Below the pieces are notes generated by a model. That model was given only the letters and a program-made list of their open reading frames with translations, ran no database searches and was not told the DNA's origin. Both the position numbers and the translations under genes were made by a program. Of a stretch of 64,000 nucleotides of DNA, positions 1-10,475 are shown piece after piece (position 1 is the first letter of the stretch; every line of letters starts with the position of its first letter). This stretch comes from Desulfotignum sp. (GTDB lineage Bacteria; Desulfobacterota; Desulfobacteria; Desulfobacterales; Desulfobacteraceae): positions 1,718 through 65,717 of the forward strand of contig DATFJY010000284.1 in NCBI GenBank assembly GCA_035268905.1, in the 5' to 3' direction.

Positions 1-2339
1 GCGTTTTCCAGCACCTGGTTCATGTCATCCACAAAAACGATCTCCAGCTGCTTTTGAATGGATTTGGGAATTTCCAGGATATCCTTTTTATTTTGCGACG
101 AAAGCACCACCTTTCTGATGCCGTTTGTATGGGCAGCCAACAACTTCTCCTTGACCCCGCCAATGGGCAGAACCCTTCCCCTGAGGGTGATTTCCCCGGT
201 CATGGCAACATTCCGGTTCACCGGCCGACCGGTTAAAATGGATACCACGGCAGTACACATGGCAATGCCGGCGGATGGCCCGTCCTTGGGAATGGCCCCT
301 TCCGGCACATGGATATGGATGTCCCGGTCCTTGTAAAAATCATCTCTTATACCCAGATCCTGTGTTCTGGACCGCACATAACTGACGGCTGCCTGGGATG
401 ATTCCTGCATCACATCCCCCAGTTTGCCGGTGATCATGATGCGCCCTTTTCCGGGCATGGTGACCGCCTCAACCGTCAACAGTTCTCCGCCCGCCTGGGT
501 CCATGCCAGTCCGGTAACGATCCCGGCTTTGTCTTCCACCTCAAGGGGATTATTGCGAAATTTGGCCTGGCCCAGAAATTTCTGAACGCTGGAGGTGCTT
601 ATCTGGTGGCATTTGCGTTCTTTGGTGCGGACGATCCGGGTAGCGATTTTTCTGATAACGGAAGATATTTCCCGCTCAAGGTTCCGGACCCCGGCTTCCC
701 GGGTGTATTGTTTAATAATGGTTTGCACGGCATTTCTGGAAAAGGCCACGTCTGCATCATTCAGGCCGTTTTCATTGAGCTGTTTGGGAATCAGAAATTG
801 TACGGCAATCTGTTCTTTTTCATAGGTGGTATACCCGGGAATCTGGATGATTTCCATTCTGTCCCGCAACGGGGCAGGGATATCAAACAGGGTATTGGCC
901 GTGGTGATGAACAAAATTTCCGACAGGTCATAATCCACTTCCAGATAATGGTCGTTGAAATGCCTGTTCTGTTCCGGATCCAGGGCTTCCAGCAGGGCGG
1001 ATGACGGGTCCCCCCGAAAGTCGGATGTCATCTTGTCGATCTCGTCCAGACAGAAAACCGGGTTATTATATCCGGTTTTCTTGAGGGTCTGGATAATCTT
1101 TCCCGGCATGGCCCCCACATAGGTGCGGCGGTGACCACGGATTTCCGCCTCATCTCTGACCCCCCCCAGAGAGATTCTGGCAAAGGACCTTCCTGTGGCA
1201 GATGCGACAGACCGGGCCAGAGAGGTTTTTCCCACACCCGGCGGGCCCACCAGACAGAGAATCGGGCCTTTGATTTTTTTGACCAAAATCTGTACAGCCA
1301 GGTATTCCAGAATTCTTTGCTTGGGTTTTTTCAGGCCGTAATGGTCCTGATCCAGGGTATTTTCCGCTTTTTCCAGATCGTTTTTCGGTCTGTTTTTACG
1401 AAACCAGGGCAACAAAACCAGCCAGTCAATATAATTTCTGATAACAGTGGCCTCAGATGACATGGGCGCCATCATCTTGAGCTTGTCCAGTTCCCGCCGG
1501 GCCACTCCGGCGGCCTCTTTTGGCATGCGTTTTTTGCGTATGCGCTTTTCCAGCTCTGCAAATTCACCCGACTCACCGTCCTCCCCCATCTCTTTTTTAA
1601 TGGCCCGCATCTGCTCAGTGAGATAATGGCGTTTCTGCAGTTTTTCCATCTGTTCTTTCACACGGCCCTTGATCTTCTGGGACATGGCAAACACTTCTGT
1701 TTCCTGCTCAATCAGTTTGAGCAGCAGAAAAAAGCGCTCTTGAATATCATCGCATTCCAGAAGCTTCTGCTTGTCAGCCACCTTAAAGGGCAGCTGGGCG
1801 GCAATGGCATCTGCATACCGTGAGGGGTCTTTTTCCAGCATCTCGAGATTCTTGAAAAAACTCTTGGAAACTGTGCCCGACATGGTGCTGTATTGTTCAA
1901 ACGCCTCCAGAACCGTTCGCAGGGCCGCTTTTAAAACATCTTCGGGCATTGGGATCTCTTCAGCCAAAATATAATCAACCGTCAGAAACCCTTTTTCATC
2001 ACTGAGTTTGAGAATTTTTCCCCGGTGGCACCCTTCCACCAGGGCCTTTACCGTGCCGTCAGGCAGACGCAGCAGCTGGGTGATTTTTGCCTCGGTTCCA
2101 ACCTGAAAAATATCCTGGATGGTGGGTTTAAGCACTTCAGGGTCTTTCTGGGTGGTGAGAAATATTCGCTTATCCGCAGCCATGGCTTCTGACAGGGATT
2201 TAATGGATTTTTCCCTGCCCACAAAAACCGAGGTCGTAACAAAGGGAAACAGTACCATATCCCGCAGTGGTACAAGGGGCAGGGTCTGGTTGATACGTTC
2301 TGATCCGTCCTGGTTGAAAAATCTGGAAATATTGATCAT
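1..2339 (-). CDS. lon: ATP-dependent Lon protease (C-terminus runs off the window edge)
   Basis: Translated by hand (absent from ORF track because open-ended): start MINISRFF at 2339, N-domain LPLVPLRDMVLFP, Walker A GPPGVGKTS (~1220-1250), catalytic DGPSAG (~265-285). Frame is consistent at the spot checks; follows clpX. Confidence 0.95.
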   Translation of the reverse strand, partial: MINISRFFNQDGSERINQTLPLVPLRDMVLFPFVTTSVFVGREKSIKSLSEAMAADKRIFLTTQKDPEVLKPTIQDIFQVGTEAKITQLLRLPDGTVKALVEGCHRGKILKLSDEKGFLTVDYILAEEIPMPEDVLKAALRTVLEAFEQYSTMSGTVSKSFFKNLEMLEKDPSRYADAIAAQLPFKVADKQKLLECDDIQERFFLLLKLIEQETEVFAMSQKIKGRVKEQMEKLQKRHYLTEQMRAIKKEMGEDGESGEFAELEKRIRKKRMPKEAAGVARRELDKLKMMAPMSSEATVIRNYIDWLVLLPWFRKNRPKNDLEKAENTLDQDHYGLKKPKQRILEYLAVQILVKKIKGPILCLVGPPGVGKTSLARSVASATGRSFARISLGGVRDEAEIRGHRRTYVGAMPGKIIQTLKKTGYNNPVFCLDEIDKMTSDFRGDPSSALLEALDPEQNRHFNDHYLEVDYDLSEILFITTANTLFDIPAPLRDRMEIIQIPGYTTYEKEQIAVQFLIPKQLNENGLNDADVAFSRNAVQTIIKQYTREAGVRNLEREISSVIRKIATRIVRTKERKCHQISTSSVQKFLGQAKFRNNPLEVEDKAGIVTGLAWTQAGGELLTVEAVTMPGKGRIMITGKLGDVMQESSQAAVSYVRSRTQDLGIRDDFYKDRDIHIHVPEGAIPKDGPSAGIAMCTAVVSILTGRPVNRNVAMTGEITLRGRVLPIGGVKEKLLAAHTNGIRKVVLSSQNKKDILEIPKSIQKQLEIVFVDDMNQVLEN

Positions 2340-2355
2340 CTAGGCAAACTTTCTG

Positions 2356-3615
2356 TCAGGCCTGTTTTTTGGGTTGTTCGTACAAAAGGATGGGGGCCTC
2401 GTTATTCAAAACGACCTCTTCTCCCACAACACATTCTCTGACATCTTCTTTGGATGGAATCTCATACATGATGTCCAGCATGGTTTTTTCCATGATGGCC
2501 CGCAACCCCCGGGCACCTGACTTTCTGGCAACCGCTTCTCTGGCCATGGCTTCAAGTGCCTCATCAGTGAATTGCAAATCCACACCCTCCACTTTGAACA
2601 ATTCCCGGTATTGTTTCACCAGGGCATTTTTGGGTTCTGTGAGGATCTTGACCAGAGAGGGTTCAGTGAGTTCACCAATGGTGGTGATAATGGGCAGCCG
2701 TCCCAGAAATTCCGGAATCAATCCGAACCCGATCAGATCTTCGGGTTTGAGCTGTTCCAGAAGTGTACCGATGTTCTCCTCTTTTTTTTCTGCAATTTTT
2801 GCGCCGAAACCCATTGTTTTCTTGGTTATACGCCGTTCTATAACTTTTTCAAGACCGTTGAAGGTCCCGCCGCAGATAAAAAGAATATTGGAAGTGTCCA
2901 CCTTGACGTAGTCCTGCTGGGGATGCTTTCTCCCACCTTTGGGCGGAATACTGGCAACAGTGCCTTCAATGATCTTCAGCAGGGCCTGCTGGACCCCTTC
3001 TCCGGAAACATCACGGGTTATGGACGGATTGTCACCCCGCTGGGATATTTTATCAATTTCATCAATATAGATAATTCCTTTCTGGGCCCGCTCAATATCA
3101 TAGTCTGCATTCTGAACCAGCGACAATACAATATTTTCCACATCCTCTCCCACATAACCCGCTTCGGTCAGGGCAGTGGCATCGGCAAGGGCAAACGGCA
3201 CATCCAGAAATCTGGCAAGGGTCTGTGCAAGCAGGGTTTTGCCACATCCGGTAGGCCCGATGATCAGAATATTGCTTTTCTGGATCTCCACATCATCGGC
3301 ACCTTTTTCCAGCCGGGCTGTGAGCCGTTTATAATGATTGTACACGGCAACGGAAAGCACTTTTTTTGCTGTATCCTGCTCAATTACATAGGAATCCAGC
3401 TGCTCCTTGATCTGCATGGGCACAAGAAAGTCTTTTGCACCTTCTGATTCAGCTGCTTTTTCTTTTTCTTCATCCTCGATTATCTCACCACAGAGCTTGA
3501 TGCATTCATTGCAAATGTAAACACTGGGGCCTGCAATCAATTTCTGGACCTCTTTTTGATTTTTCCCGCAAAAAGAACAGAAGAACTGATCACTGGTATC
3601 ATCTTTTTTGGCCAT
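2356..3615 (-). CDS. clpX: ATP-dependent Clp protease ATP-binding subunit ClpX
   Basis: Zn-finger CSFCGK...[33 protein letters not shown]. Confidence 0.98.
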   Translation of the reverse strand: MAKKDDTSDQFFCSFCGKNQKEVQKLIAGPSVYICNECIKLCGEIIEDEEKEKAAESEGAKDFLVPMQIKEQLDSYVIEQDTAKKVLSVAVYNHYKRLTARLEKGADDVEIQKSNILIIGPTGCGKTLLAQTLARFLDVPFALADATALTEAGYVGEDVENIVLSLVQNADYDIERAQKGIIYIDEIDKISQRGDNPSITRDVSGEGVQQALLKIIEGTVASIPPKGGRKHPQQDYVKVDTSNILFICGGTFNGLEKVIERRITKKTMGFGAKIAEKKEENIGTLLEQLKPEDLIGFGLIPEFLGRLPIITTIGELTEPSLVKILTEPKNALVKQYRELFKVEGVDLQFTDEALEAMAREAVARKSGARGLRAIMEKTMLDIMYEIPSKEDVRECVVGEEVVLNNEAPILLYEQPKKQA

Positions 3616-3641
3616 GTCTTTTGGACTCCTTTGAAACCGGA

Positions 3642-4244
3642 TTAGGTTTCAGCTTCCAATTCACTTCTATCGGCAACCACCCGGTCTACTATGCCATAGG
3701 TTTTTGCCTCATCACCGGACATAAAAAAATCTCTGTCCGTGTCTTTGGCGATTTTGTCTATTTTCTGTCCGGTGTGGGCTGCCATTATTTCGTTCAGGGT
3801 ATCTTTCATTCGTAAAATCTCAGTGGCCTGGATCTTAATATCTGCTGCCTGGCCCTGGGCACCGCCCAAAGGCTGGTGAATCAGAATCCTGCTATTGGGC
3901 AAAGCAAAGCGTTTTTTGTGTGCACCGGCTGCCAGAAGCAGGGCCCCCATACTGGCTGCCTGCCCTATGCAGACGGTTGCCACATCTGGTTTGATATACT
4001 GCATGGTGTCATAAACAGCAAGCCCGGCTGTCACAACCCCTCCCGGAGAATTGATATAAAAACTGATATCTTTCTCAGGATCTTCTGATTCCAGAAACAG
4101 CAGCTGGGCAACAATGAGATTGGCAATTTCACTGTCAATTGCAGAACCCAAAAATACTATCCGGTCTTTTAACAAACGGGAATAGATATCATAGGCACGC
4201 TCTCCTCGGTTGGTCTGTTCAACCACCATTGGAACTAAAGGCAC
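3642..4244 (-). CDS. clpP: Clp protease proteolytic subunit
   Basis: [23 protein letters not shown] (Ser), HQP (His), DRD (Asp). Confidence 0.98.
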   Translation of the reverse strand: MPLVPMVVEQTNRGERAYDIYSRLLKDRIVFLGSAIDSEIANLIVAQLLFLESEDPEKDISFYINSPGGVVTAGLAVYDTMQYIKPDVATVCIGQAASMGALLLAAGAHKKRFALPNSRILIHQPLGGAQGQAADIKIQATEILRMKDTLNEIMAAHTGQKIDKIAKDTDRDFFMSGDEAKTYGIVDRVVADRSELEAET

Positions 4245-4320
4245 AATATAACTCCTTGGTTATCTGTCGTTGTCAACTTTTTTCAAGTCTACATTCAACC
4301 ATGCTTCGGATCAGGTAATA

Positions 4321-5703
4321 TCACTGATCCAGGTTATTTTCAGATGCCGGTATTTTTTCAGCAGATGCAGCCTCACCTGATCGCTCAGGATCATCATTGT
4401 CATCACTGTCCGGCTCTTTTTCCGTTATGCTGCTATTTTCTATAATAAGATCAACTGCTTTTTTTTCAAGTTGTGAGTGCTTGTAATATTCCATCTGTTT
4501 GGGATCACTCTTGAAAAAATTATTAATGGCCTCCACACTGGCATTCATTCCCCTGGCCATCTCCTCCAGGCTGGCTTCCATCTCCTCATCCGTGAGATCC
4601 AGTTTTTCCTGGGTGATGATCTTATCCAGAATCAAATGCCGCCTTGCCTGTTTTTCCGCCACATCCCGGTACTGGGTAAAAAGCATATCCCGGCTGAGCC
4701 CTTCCTGTTCAAGGCTGGTATTATTGGCTGCATACGACTGTTCCGCCTCACTGACTATGCCGTTGAGCTCTGCTTCTATCATGGCTTCAGGCACTTCAAA
4801 TACATATTTTTCCAGCAGGTGCTGAAATATCTGCTCACTGAGTTCATGTTTTATGCGCTGCCGGTACCCTTTGTCCAGATTGTTCCGGATGGAATCCTTG
4901 ACTTCCTGCAGGGTTTCGAAACTACCGAGGTCTTTAACCAGATCATCATTGATCTCCGGCAGAATTTCCTCCTGGATCTCTTTGAGGGTAACCTTGTACA
5001 AAATAGTTTTTCCCCTGAGATTTTCATCCGGATGGTCTTCCGGATAGCCAACTGCAATTTCCAGATCCTGAACCGGCACACTGCCGATCAATTTCTCGGA
5101 AAATTCTTGGGGCAGTGCATCATGTCCAATACCATACAGATAATTTTCCACCTGAGGGGTATGTTCATATGGTGCATTGTCCAGAAATCCCTGGTAATCG
5201 ATGAGGACAAAATCATCTGCCTTGACAGGCCTGGTTTCCTCCACAGTCTGTTTTTTTGCCATGGTCCGCTGGATCATATGGATCTGCCCGTCAATTTCCG
5301 CATCAGAGACCGCATACCGGTTCTTTTCAAGGGATATACCCTTGAAATCAATCGCTTCCAGTTCAGGCTTCACCTCGACAGTAATATCGAACGTATAGGC
5401 AGCATCCGGATCCAGCTCCGGTGGATCCATCTGGGGGCCGCCCACAATGTTCAGATCATGTTCCTGAATCGCCTCAATAAAAGCATCCTGGATCAGGCGG
5501 GGGGCGACATCGGCATGGACATCTTTGGAAAAACGGTTTTCCAGAACCTTTCTGGGAATTTTGCCTTTCCGAAACCCTTTGATATCAGCCTTTTTTTTCA
5601 GCTCATTGTAGGCCTTGTCGAGTTCTTTTGCAATTTTTTCTCTGGGGATTTCAAAAGAGAGTACTTTTTTTACACTGCTTTTGTCTTGAATTTGTACCTG
5701 CAT
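4321..5703 (-). CDS. tig: Trigger factor
   Basis: GFRKGK ribosome-binding motif, FKBP-like centre, tig-clpP-clpX-lon synteny. Confidence 0.96.
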   Translation of the reverse strand: MQVQIQDKSSVKKVLSFEIPREKIAKELDKAYNELKKKADIKGFRKGKIPRKVLENRFSKDVHADVAPRLIQDAFIEAIQEHDLNIVGGPQMDPPELDPDAAYTFDITVEVKPELEAIDFKGISLEKNRYAVSDAEIDGQIHMIQRTMAKKQTVEETRPVKADDFVLIDYQGFLDNAPYEHTPQVENYLYGIGHDALPQEFSEKLIGSVPVQDLEIAVGYPEDHPDENLRGKTILYKVTLKEIQEEILPEINDDLVKDLGSFETLQEVKDSIRNNLDKGYRQRIKHELSEQIFQHLLEKYVFEVPEAMIEAELNGIVSEAEQSYAANNTSLEQEGLSRDMLFTQYRDVAEKQARRHLILDKIITQEKLDLTDEEMEASLEEMARGMNASVEAINNFFKSDPKQMEYYKHSQLEKKAVDLIIENSSITEKEPDSDDNDDPERSGEAASAEKIPASENNLDQ

Positions 5704-5822
5704 GTTTTTGTCCTGTTACATTCCATTATTAATGACCATTTTCCAACAATTTGTGCAAAATTTTCAGTTTACTGCCATATATCCCGGATTATATTACACA
5801 AAACCATTTAACAAATTTTATT

Positions 5823-5851
5823 AAAATAACGCGTATCCCTAGCTGTGTCAA
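5823..5851 (-). promoter_or_regulatory. Putative sigma70 promoter of tig-clpPX-lon
   Basis: TTGACA (5851-5846), 17 nt, TATTTT (5828-5823) on minus strand. Confidence 0.55.
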
Positions 5852-5991
5852 GAAAATTGCCAAACAACCCGGATTTTCGCCATAAAACTGCTGCATTGTT
5901 ACACATTTCAAACCCTCACAGCTTCGGCCTGAAAAAACCGCTTGCATTGAACTGCACGCAATGGTAAAGAATGTGGTTATGTCAAATTATC

Positions 5992-6068
<77 letters not shown>

Positions 6069-6124
6069 GGTAGTTTGTTTGCGCACACCTTCAGGGGGTT
6101 TAGCCCGGACAGCACTGAGAGATT

Positions 6125-6613
6125 ATGGTATTTCTTACCGCTATGCTCGTCATCATCATTATCTACTATCTGCAGACAGATGGTCTGATATATGCCACCA
6201 TCGTTGCCCTGATCGCCGAACTTCTGAATATTTTCATGGTCCATGCTTTGACAAAATCGGTTGAAAAAAAAATGCGGAAACGTATCCGAAAACTTGTGGA
6301 TGGATACAGCAAGCGCATCAAGGCAAACCGGAAAACCATCCAGAACCTTGAAAACATCCAGGCGGAATCTGTCAAAAAACTGTATAATGCCAACATGAAA
6401 ATACAAGCATATGAAGCCAGGCTGGAAGCGATGGAAAAGGCATCGCCTGACACGACAGACAGCATGGCAGCACCCTCCGGGTCTCCGGCCCCGGAAAAAA
6501 CGCCTTCAGAAACCAGCCAACAGACTGCGCCGCCAACAGGCAAACCATCAGAAAAAAACCAGGTGTATTCAGATTTGCCGTCCGGCTCAAACCGCAAAAA
6601 ACTGCCCTTCTAA
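6125..6613 (+). CDS. Hypothetical membrane protein: two N-terminal hydrophobic helices, coiled coil, P/S/T-rich tail
   Basis: 162-aa ORF; hydrophobic N-terminus, charged helical middle, low-complexity C-terminus. Confidence 0.7.
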   Translation: MVFLTAMLVIIIIYYLQTDGLIYATIVALIAELLNIFMVHALTKSVEKKMRKRIRKLVDGYSKRIKANRKTIQNLENIQAESVKKLYNANMKIQAYEARLEAMEKASPDTTDSMAAPSGSPAPEKTPSETSQQTAPPTGKPSEKNQVYSDLPSGSNRKKLPF

Positions 6614-6639
6614 CCTGCAGCCTTGCCCATCAGAAAAAC

Positions 6640-6996
6640 CTATTGCCTATAGATTCTGATTCTCGTGATTTTCCCGTCTTTGTCCAGATAGGCCACCCCT
6701 TTGGCAATGGCATTGCCTGAAGCGGAATCAATGATTTCAATCTGTCTTTCATACAAAGCAGCAGTGGTCTTTTCGGTTTTCATTTCTTTGTCTTTTGCTG
6801 GATGCTGGCTTTGCGGTGCCCCTTCCTTTCCTTCCTTTGCTATGGATTTGCGCAGCTCATGCCGCTCAGAAACCATCTTTGAAAACCCCGGGTATGGATC
6901 TTCTTTATCATCACAGGCAGACAGCAAACCCAGCATACCCACCCATCCGATATATAGTGCAATTTTGAACAATAGCATTTGCCTGATTGACAGCAT
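6640..6996 (-). CDS. Hypothetical lipoprotein
   Basis: AGGA RBS before ATG 6996; signal peptide ending in lipobox LSAC; directly downstream of the STAS gene. Confidence 0.65.
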   Translation of the reverse strand: MLSIRQMLLFKIALYIGWVGMLGLLSACDDKEDPYPGFSKMVSERHELRKSIAKEGKEGAPQSQHPAKDKEMKTEKTTAALYERQIEIIDSASGNAIAKGVAYLDKDGKITRIRIYRQ

Positions 6997-7018
6997 ACCG
7001 TATCCTGCCATTTGCGGT

Positions 7019-7330
7019 CTACGCTGCCTGCTCCACTGTGAATCGTCTGTTAAGACGCATGGTCGCAAACAGGCTGTAAATATCTTTGGCGGCATTGATC
7101 ACCTGCAGTTTGCGGCCGGCCCGGTCCAATGAGTTGTGGGCGGCAATAATAACGCCGATACCAACAGAATCAACCATTTCCACACCAGCCAGATCAATGG
7201 TCAAATCCCCGTCAGATGTATCAATAGTGGACAACAACTCGGCTTTGAAAGTTTCCGCCATGGAGGCAACAATGTCCGTTCCAGGCCTGATAATTGTCCG
7301 TCCCTCTGTATTCACTATTTCGCTCATCAT
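7019..7330 (-). CDS. STAS-domain protein (anti-sigma-factor antagonist type)
   Basis: IDLAGVEMVDSVGIGVII matches STAS D-x-S-G phosphorylation motif; 103 aa. Confidence 0.9.
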   Translation of the reverse strand: MMSEIVNTEGRTIIRPGTDIVASMAETFKAELLSTIDTSDGDLTIDLAGVEMVDSVGIGVIIAAHNSLDRAGRKLQVINAAKDIYSLFATMRLNRRFTVEQAA

Positions 7331-7504
7331 TTTTTGTCTCCTGAATTACCCAGACGCAACCACCACCCCACAAATCTTTTATGTGTACAGGCCCTGCCGG
7401 ATTTTCATGTACATAATCTTACGATTACTGTACCGCAAAAAAATTTGAAACTCAAACATTAAATTGGCGGAAGGTATTTTCCGGTGCAGATTTTCAAAAT
7501 ACAC

Positions 7505-7533
7505 TTGAAAAAACAGCACAGGTTTGCTATAAA
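7505..7533 (+). promoter_or_regulatory. sigma70 promoter of SRP RNA
   Basis: TTGAAA (7505-7510), 17 nt, TATAAA (7528-7533), immediately upstream of the RNA. Confidence 0.75.
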
Positions 7534-7537
7534 TATT

Positions 7538-7702
7538 GGTTCCGGCTGGCAGGCCGGTAAGCAGGCGATTCTGATCGGTCGCCTTGTAACAGAAGGCCAT
7601 GAACCTCGTCAGGTCCGGAAGGAAGCAGCGATAAGTGATCTCTTCTGTGTCAAGGATCGATCCCGGTCATGCAATTGCCTGACACCCCCTGTCAGCCGGT
7701 TC
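7538..7702 (+). ncRNA. ffs: Signal recognition particle RNA, ~165 nt
   Basis: Helix-8 signature GTCAGGTCCGGAAGGAAGCAGC (7608-7629); nested complementary arms out to CCGGCTGGCAGG/CCTGTCAGCCGG; T-run follows. Confidence 0.92.
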
Positions 7703-7806
7703 TTTTTTCTTTATGCCCACCAGTTTTTTATATCTTGACATGCCTTTAAACAGACTTATTTTTCAGCCATAATTTATAGAAATCATACTATTTACAGCAG
7801 GAATTT

Positions 7807-8436
7807 TTGGACCAGGAGACAAAATTGGCACTCAAAGAAAAGCGCAACAACAAAAACCAGAAGACAGATGACGGGTCCAAAGAGGAAGCTGCACAAGTTG
7901 CTGAATCTGCAGAGGGGCATGAAGGTAAGGAAAATAAAGCCAACGGCCCGCATGAAGAATCAGTATCACTCGAGGAGCAGCTTTCTATTGAAAAGGACCG
8001 TTTAATGCGGCTTTCAGCTGAATTTGACAACTATAGAAAAAGAAAACAACGGGAAATAGACGAATTTAAAAAATTTGCCACTGAAACCGTATTCAAGCAG
8101 TTTCTATCGGTTGTTGACAATCTTGAAAGGGCCATTGCATCTGCTGAAAAGAACAACGACCAGGACAGCCTGCTCGAAGGGGTGAAGTTGACACACAAGG
8201 AAATTTTAAAAATTTTCCAGGCCTTTAATGTGAAACCGGTGGAAGCCCAGAATCAGGCATTCGACCCCAATTTCCATCAGGCAGTCACCCAGAAGGAAAC
8301 TGATGCCGTTCCTGAAAACACGGTAACCAATGTCCTGCAGACCGGATATGTGCTCAATGACAGGCTAATCAGACCGGCTATGGTTGTTGTTTCGAAAAAT
8401 CCACAAAATGAGACCAGCGAACCAAAAGAACAATAA
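7807..8436 (+). CDS. grpE: Nucleotide exchange factor GrpE (TTG start)
   Basis: [37 protein letters not shown]. Confidence 0.96.
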   Translation: MDQETKLALKEKRNNKNQKTDDGSKEEAAQVAESAEGHEGKENKANGPHEESVSLEEQLSIEKDRLMRLSAEFDNYRKRKQREIDEFKKFATETVFKQFLSVVDNLERAIASAEKNNDQDSLLEGVKLTHKEILKIFQAFNVKPVEAQNQAFDPNFHQAVTQKETDAVPENTVTNVLQTGYVLNDRLIRPAMVVVSKNPQNETSEPKEQ

Positions 8437-8455
8437 ATATCTTGGAGGAGAAGTT

Positions 8456-10366
8456 ATGGGTAAAATAATCGGAATTGATCTTGGAACAACCAACTCCTGT
8501 GTTGCCGTCATGGAATCTGGAGGAGAAGCAAAAATCATCACCAACGCCGAAGGCGGACGGACTACCCCTTCCATTGTCGCCATCACCGAAGGCGGAGACC
8601 GCATTGTGGGACAGACTGCCAAACGACAGGCCATTACCAATCCGGAAAATACGGTATTCGGTGTCAAAAGGCTCATAGGCAGAAAATTCAAATCAAAGGA
8701 GGTCCAGAGCGACATTCCCAATCTGCCTTATAAAATTGAAGCGGCATCCAATGGTGATACGCGAATCAACCTGCGGGCAAAACAATACAGCCCAGCTGAA
8801 ATATCCTCGTTCATTCTGGCCAACATCAAGAATACCGCTGAAGAATACCTGGGGGAAGAGGTAAAAGAAGCTGTCATTACCGTGCCGGCATATTTTAATG
8901 ACAGCCAGCGCCAGGCCACCAAAGATGCCGGCAAGATCGCCGGACTGGATGTCAAACGGATCATCAACGAACCGACTGCAGCGTCTCTGGCCTACGGACT
9001 GGACAAAAAAGGCGAAGAAAAAATTGCGGTATTTGACCTGGGCGGCGGCACCTTTGATGTGTCCATTCTTGAAATTGGAGACGGGGTGTTTGAAGTAAAA
9101 TCCACCTCAGGGGATACCCACCTGGGTGGTGAAGATTTTGATCTGCGTGTCATTGATTATATCGCCAATGAATTCAAAAAAGACCAGGGAATTGATGTCC
9201 GTTCCGACAAAATGGCGCTGCAGCGTCTCAAAGAGGCGGCGGAAAAAGCAAAAATGGAATTGTCCAGTGCAACGGAAACCAATATCAACCTGCCCTTTAT
9301 CACTGCGGATGCCTCCGGTCCCAAGCACCTGGATGTCAAACTGACCCGGGCGAAACTGGAATCTCTGGTGGCAGATCTTTTGGACAATCTGGAAGGCCCT
9401 TGCAAGGTGGCATTGAAAGAAGCAGGTGTAGGCTCCGGCACTGTGGATGAAGTTGTCCTGGTGGGCGGCATGACCCGCATGCCGGCTGTCCAGCAGCGGG
9501 TGGAAAAGATATTCGGCAAAAAACCCCACAAGGGGGTGAACCCGGATGAAGTGGTTGCCATGGGTGCTGCTGTCCAGGCCGGTGTACTGCAGGGGGATGT
9601 CAACGATGTCCTGCTGCTGGATGTGACCCCGCTTTCCCTGGGTATTGAAACCCTGGGCGGTGTGATGACCAAACTCATAGAAAAAAACACCACCATCCCC
9701 ACCAAAAAGAGCCAGGTGTTCTCCACTGCTGCGGACAACCAGCCCGCGGTTTCCATCCACGTGCTCCAGGGAGAACGGGAGATGGCAGCTGACAACAAGA
9801 CCCTGGGCCAGTTTGAACTCGCGGATATCCCGCCGGCACCCCGGGGGGTTCCCCAGATAGAGGTATCCTTTGATATTGATGCCAACGGCATTGTTCAGGT
9901 GTATGCCAAAGACAAGGCAACCGGCAAGGAACAGTCCATCCGCATCACCGCAGCTTCCGGTCTTTCAGACGATGAAATTGAAAAAATGGTCAAAGATGCG
10001 GAAATGCATGCAGAAGATGACAAAAAGCGGCGGGAACTTGTGGATACCAAAAACCAGGCGGAAGCATTGGTGGACCAGACGGAAAAGACCCTGAAAGAAC
10101 ATGGTGACAAAGTGGATGCAGAATCCAAAAAGGGCATTGAATCCGCTGTAGAGGCCTTGAAGCAGGCCAAGGAATCCAGTGATGTGGATGACATAAAACA
10201 GAAAATCGAGGCCCTTTCCCAGGCCTCCCACAAGCTGGCTGAGGTCATGTACCAGCAGGCATCTTCCTCACAGGAAGGCGGCCAGGGAGACACCGGTGAT
10301 GCCGGGGCCCAGGCAGATGATGACGTGGTGGATGCCGACTTTGAAGAGGTCAACAAAGACAAGTAA
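8456..10366 (+). CDS. dnaK: Chaperone DnaK
   Basis: GGAGG RBS then [15 protein letters not shown]; DLGGGTFD; C-terminal DADFEEV. Confidence 0.99.
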   Translation: MGKIIGIDLGTTNSCVAVMESGGEAKIITNAEGGRTTPSIVAITEGGDRIVGQTAKRQAITNPENTVFGVKRLIGRKFKSKEVQSDIPNLPYKIEAASNGDTRINLRAKQYSPAEISSFILANIKNTAEEYLGEEVKEAVITVPAYFNDSQRQATKDAGKIAGLDVKRIINEPTAASLAYGLDKKGEEKIAVFDLGGGTFDVSILEIGDGVFEVKSTSGDTHLGGEDFDLRVIDYIANEFKKDQGIDVRSDKMALQRLKEAAEKAKMELSSATETNINLPFITADASGPKHLDVKLTRAKLESLVADLLDNLEGPCKVALKEAGVGSGTVDEVVLVGGMTRMPAVQQRVEKIFGKKPHKGVNPDEVVAMGAAVQAGVLQGDVNDVLLLDVTPLSLGIETLGGVMTKLIEKNTTIPTKKSQVFSTAADNQPAVSIHVLQGEREMAADNKTLGQFELADIPPAPRGVPQIEVSFDIDANGIVQVYAKDKATGKEQSIRITAASGLSDDEIEKMVKDAEMHAEDDKKRRELVDTKNQAEALVDQTEKTLKEHGDKVDAESKKGIESAVEALKQAKESSDVDDIKQKIEALSQASHKLAEVMYQQASSSQEGGQGDTGDAGAQADDDVVDADFEEVNKDK

Positions 10367-10393
10367 CGCTTTCCCAAACATTGGGTTGAATAT

Positions 10394-10439
10394 AATCCTG
10401 CCGTGGTCTATTATAGTGACCCGGCAGGATTTTTTTTTA
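10394..10439 (+). terminator. Rho-independent terminator after dnaK
   Basis: AATCCTGCCG...CGGCAGGATT stem followed by long T-run. Confidence 0.85.
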
Positions 10440-10475
10440 TAACAAAGCCAAAACAAAAAGGGTAGTACAGCGGTT

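Noticed and set aside
4477-5811. 444-aa plus-strand ORF; similar long antisense ORFs at 15207-16571 and 27380-28606
   Set aside because: Each lies opposite a well-supported gene (tig, radA, kinase), typical of codon-bias shadows.
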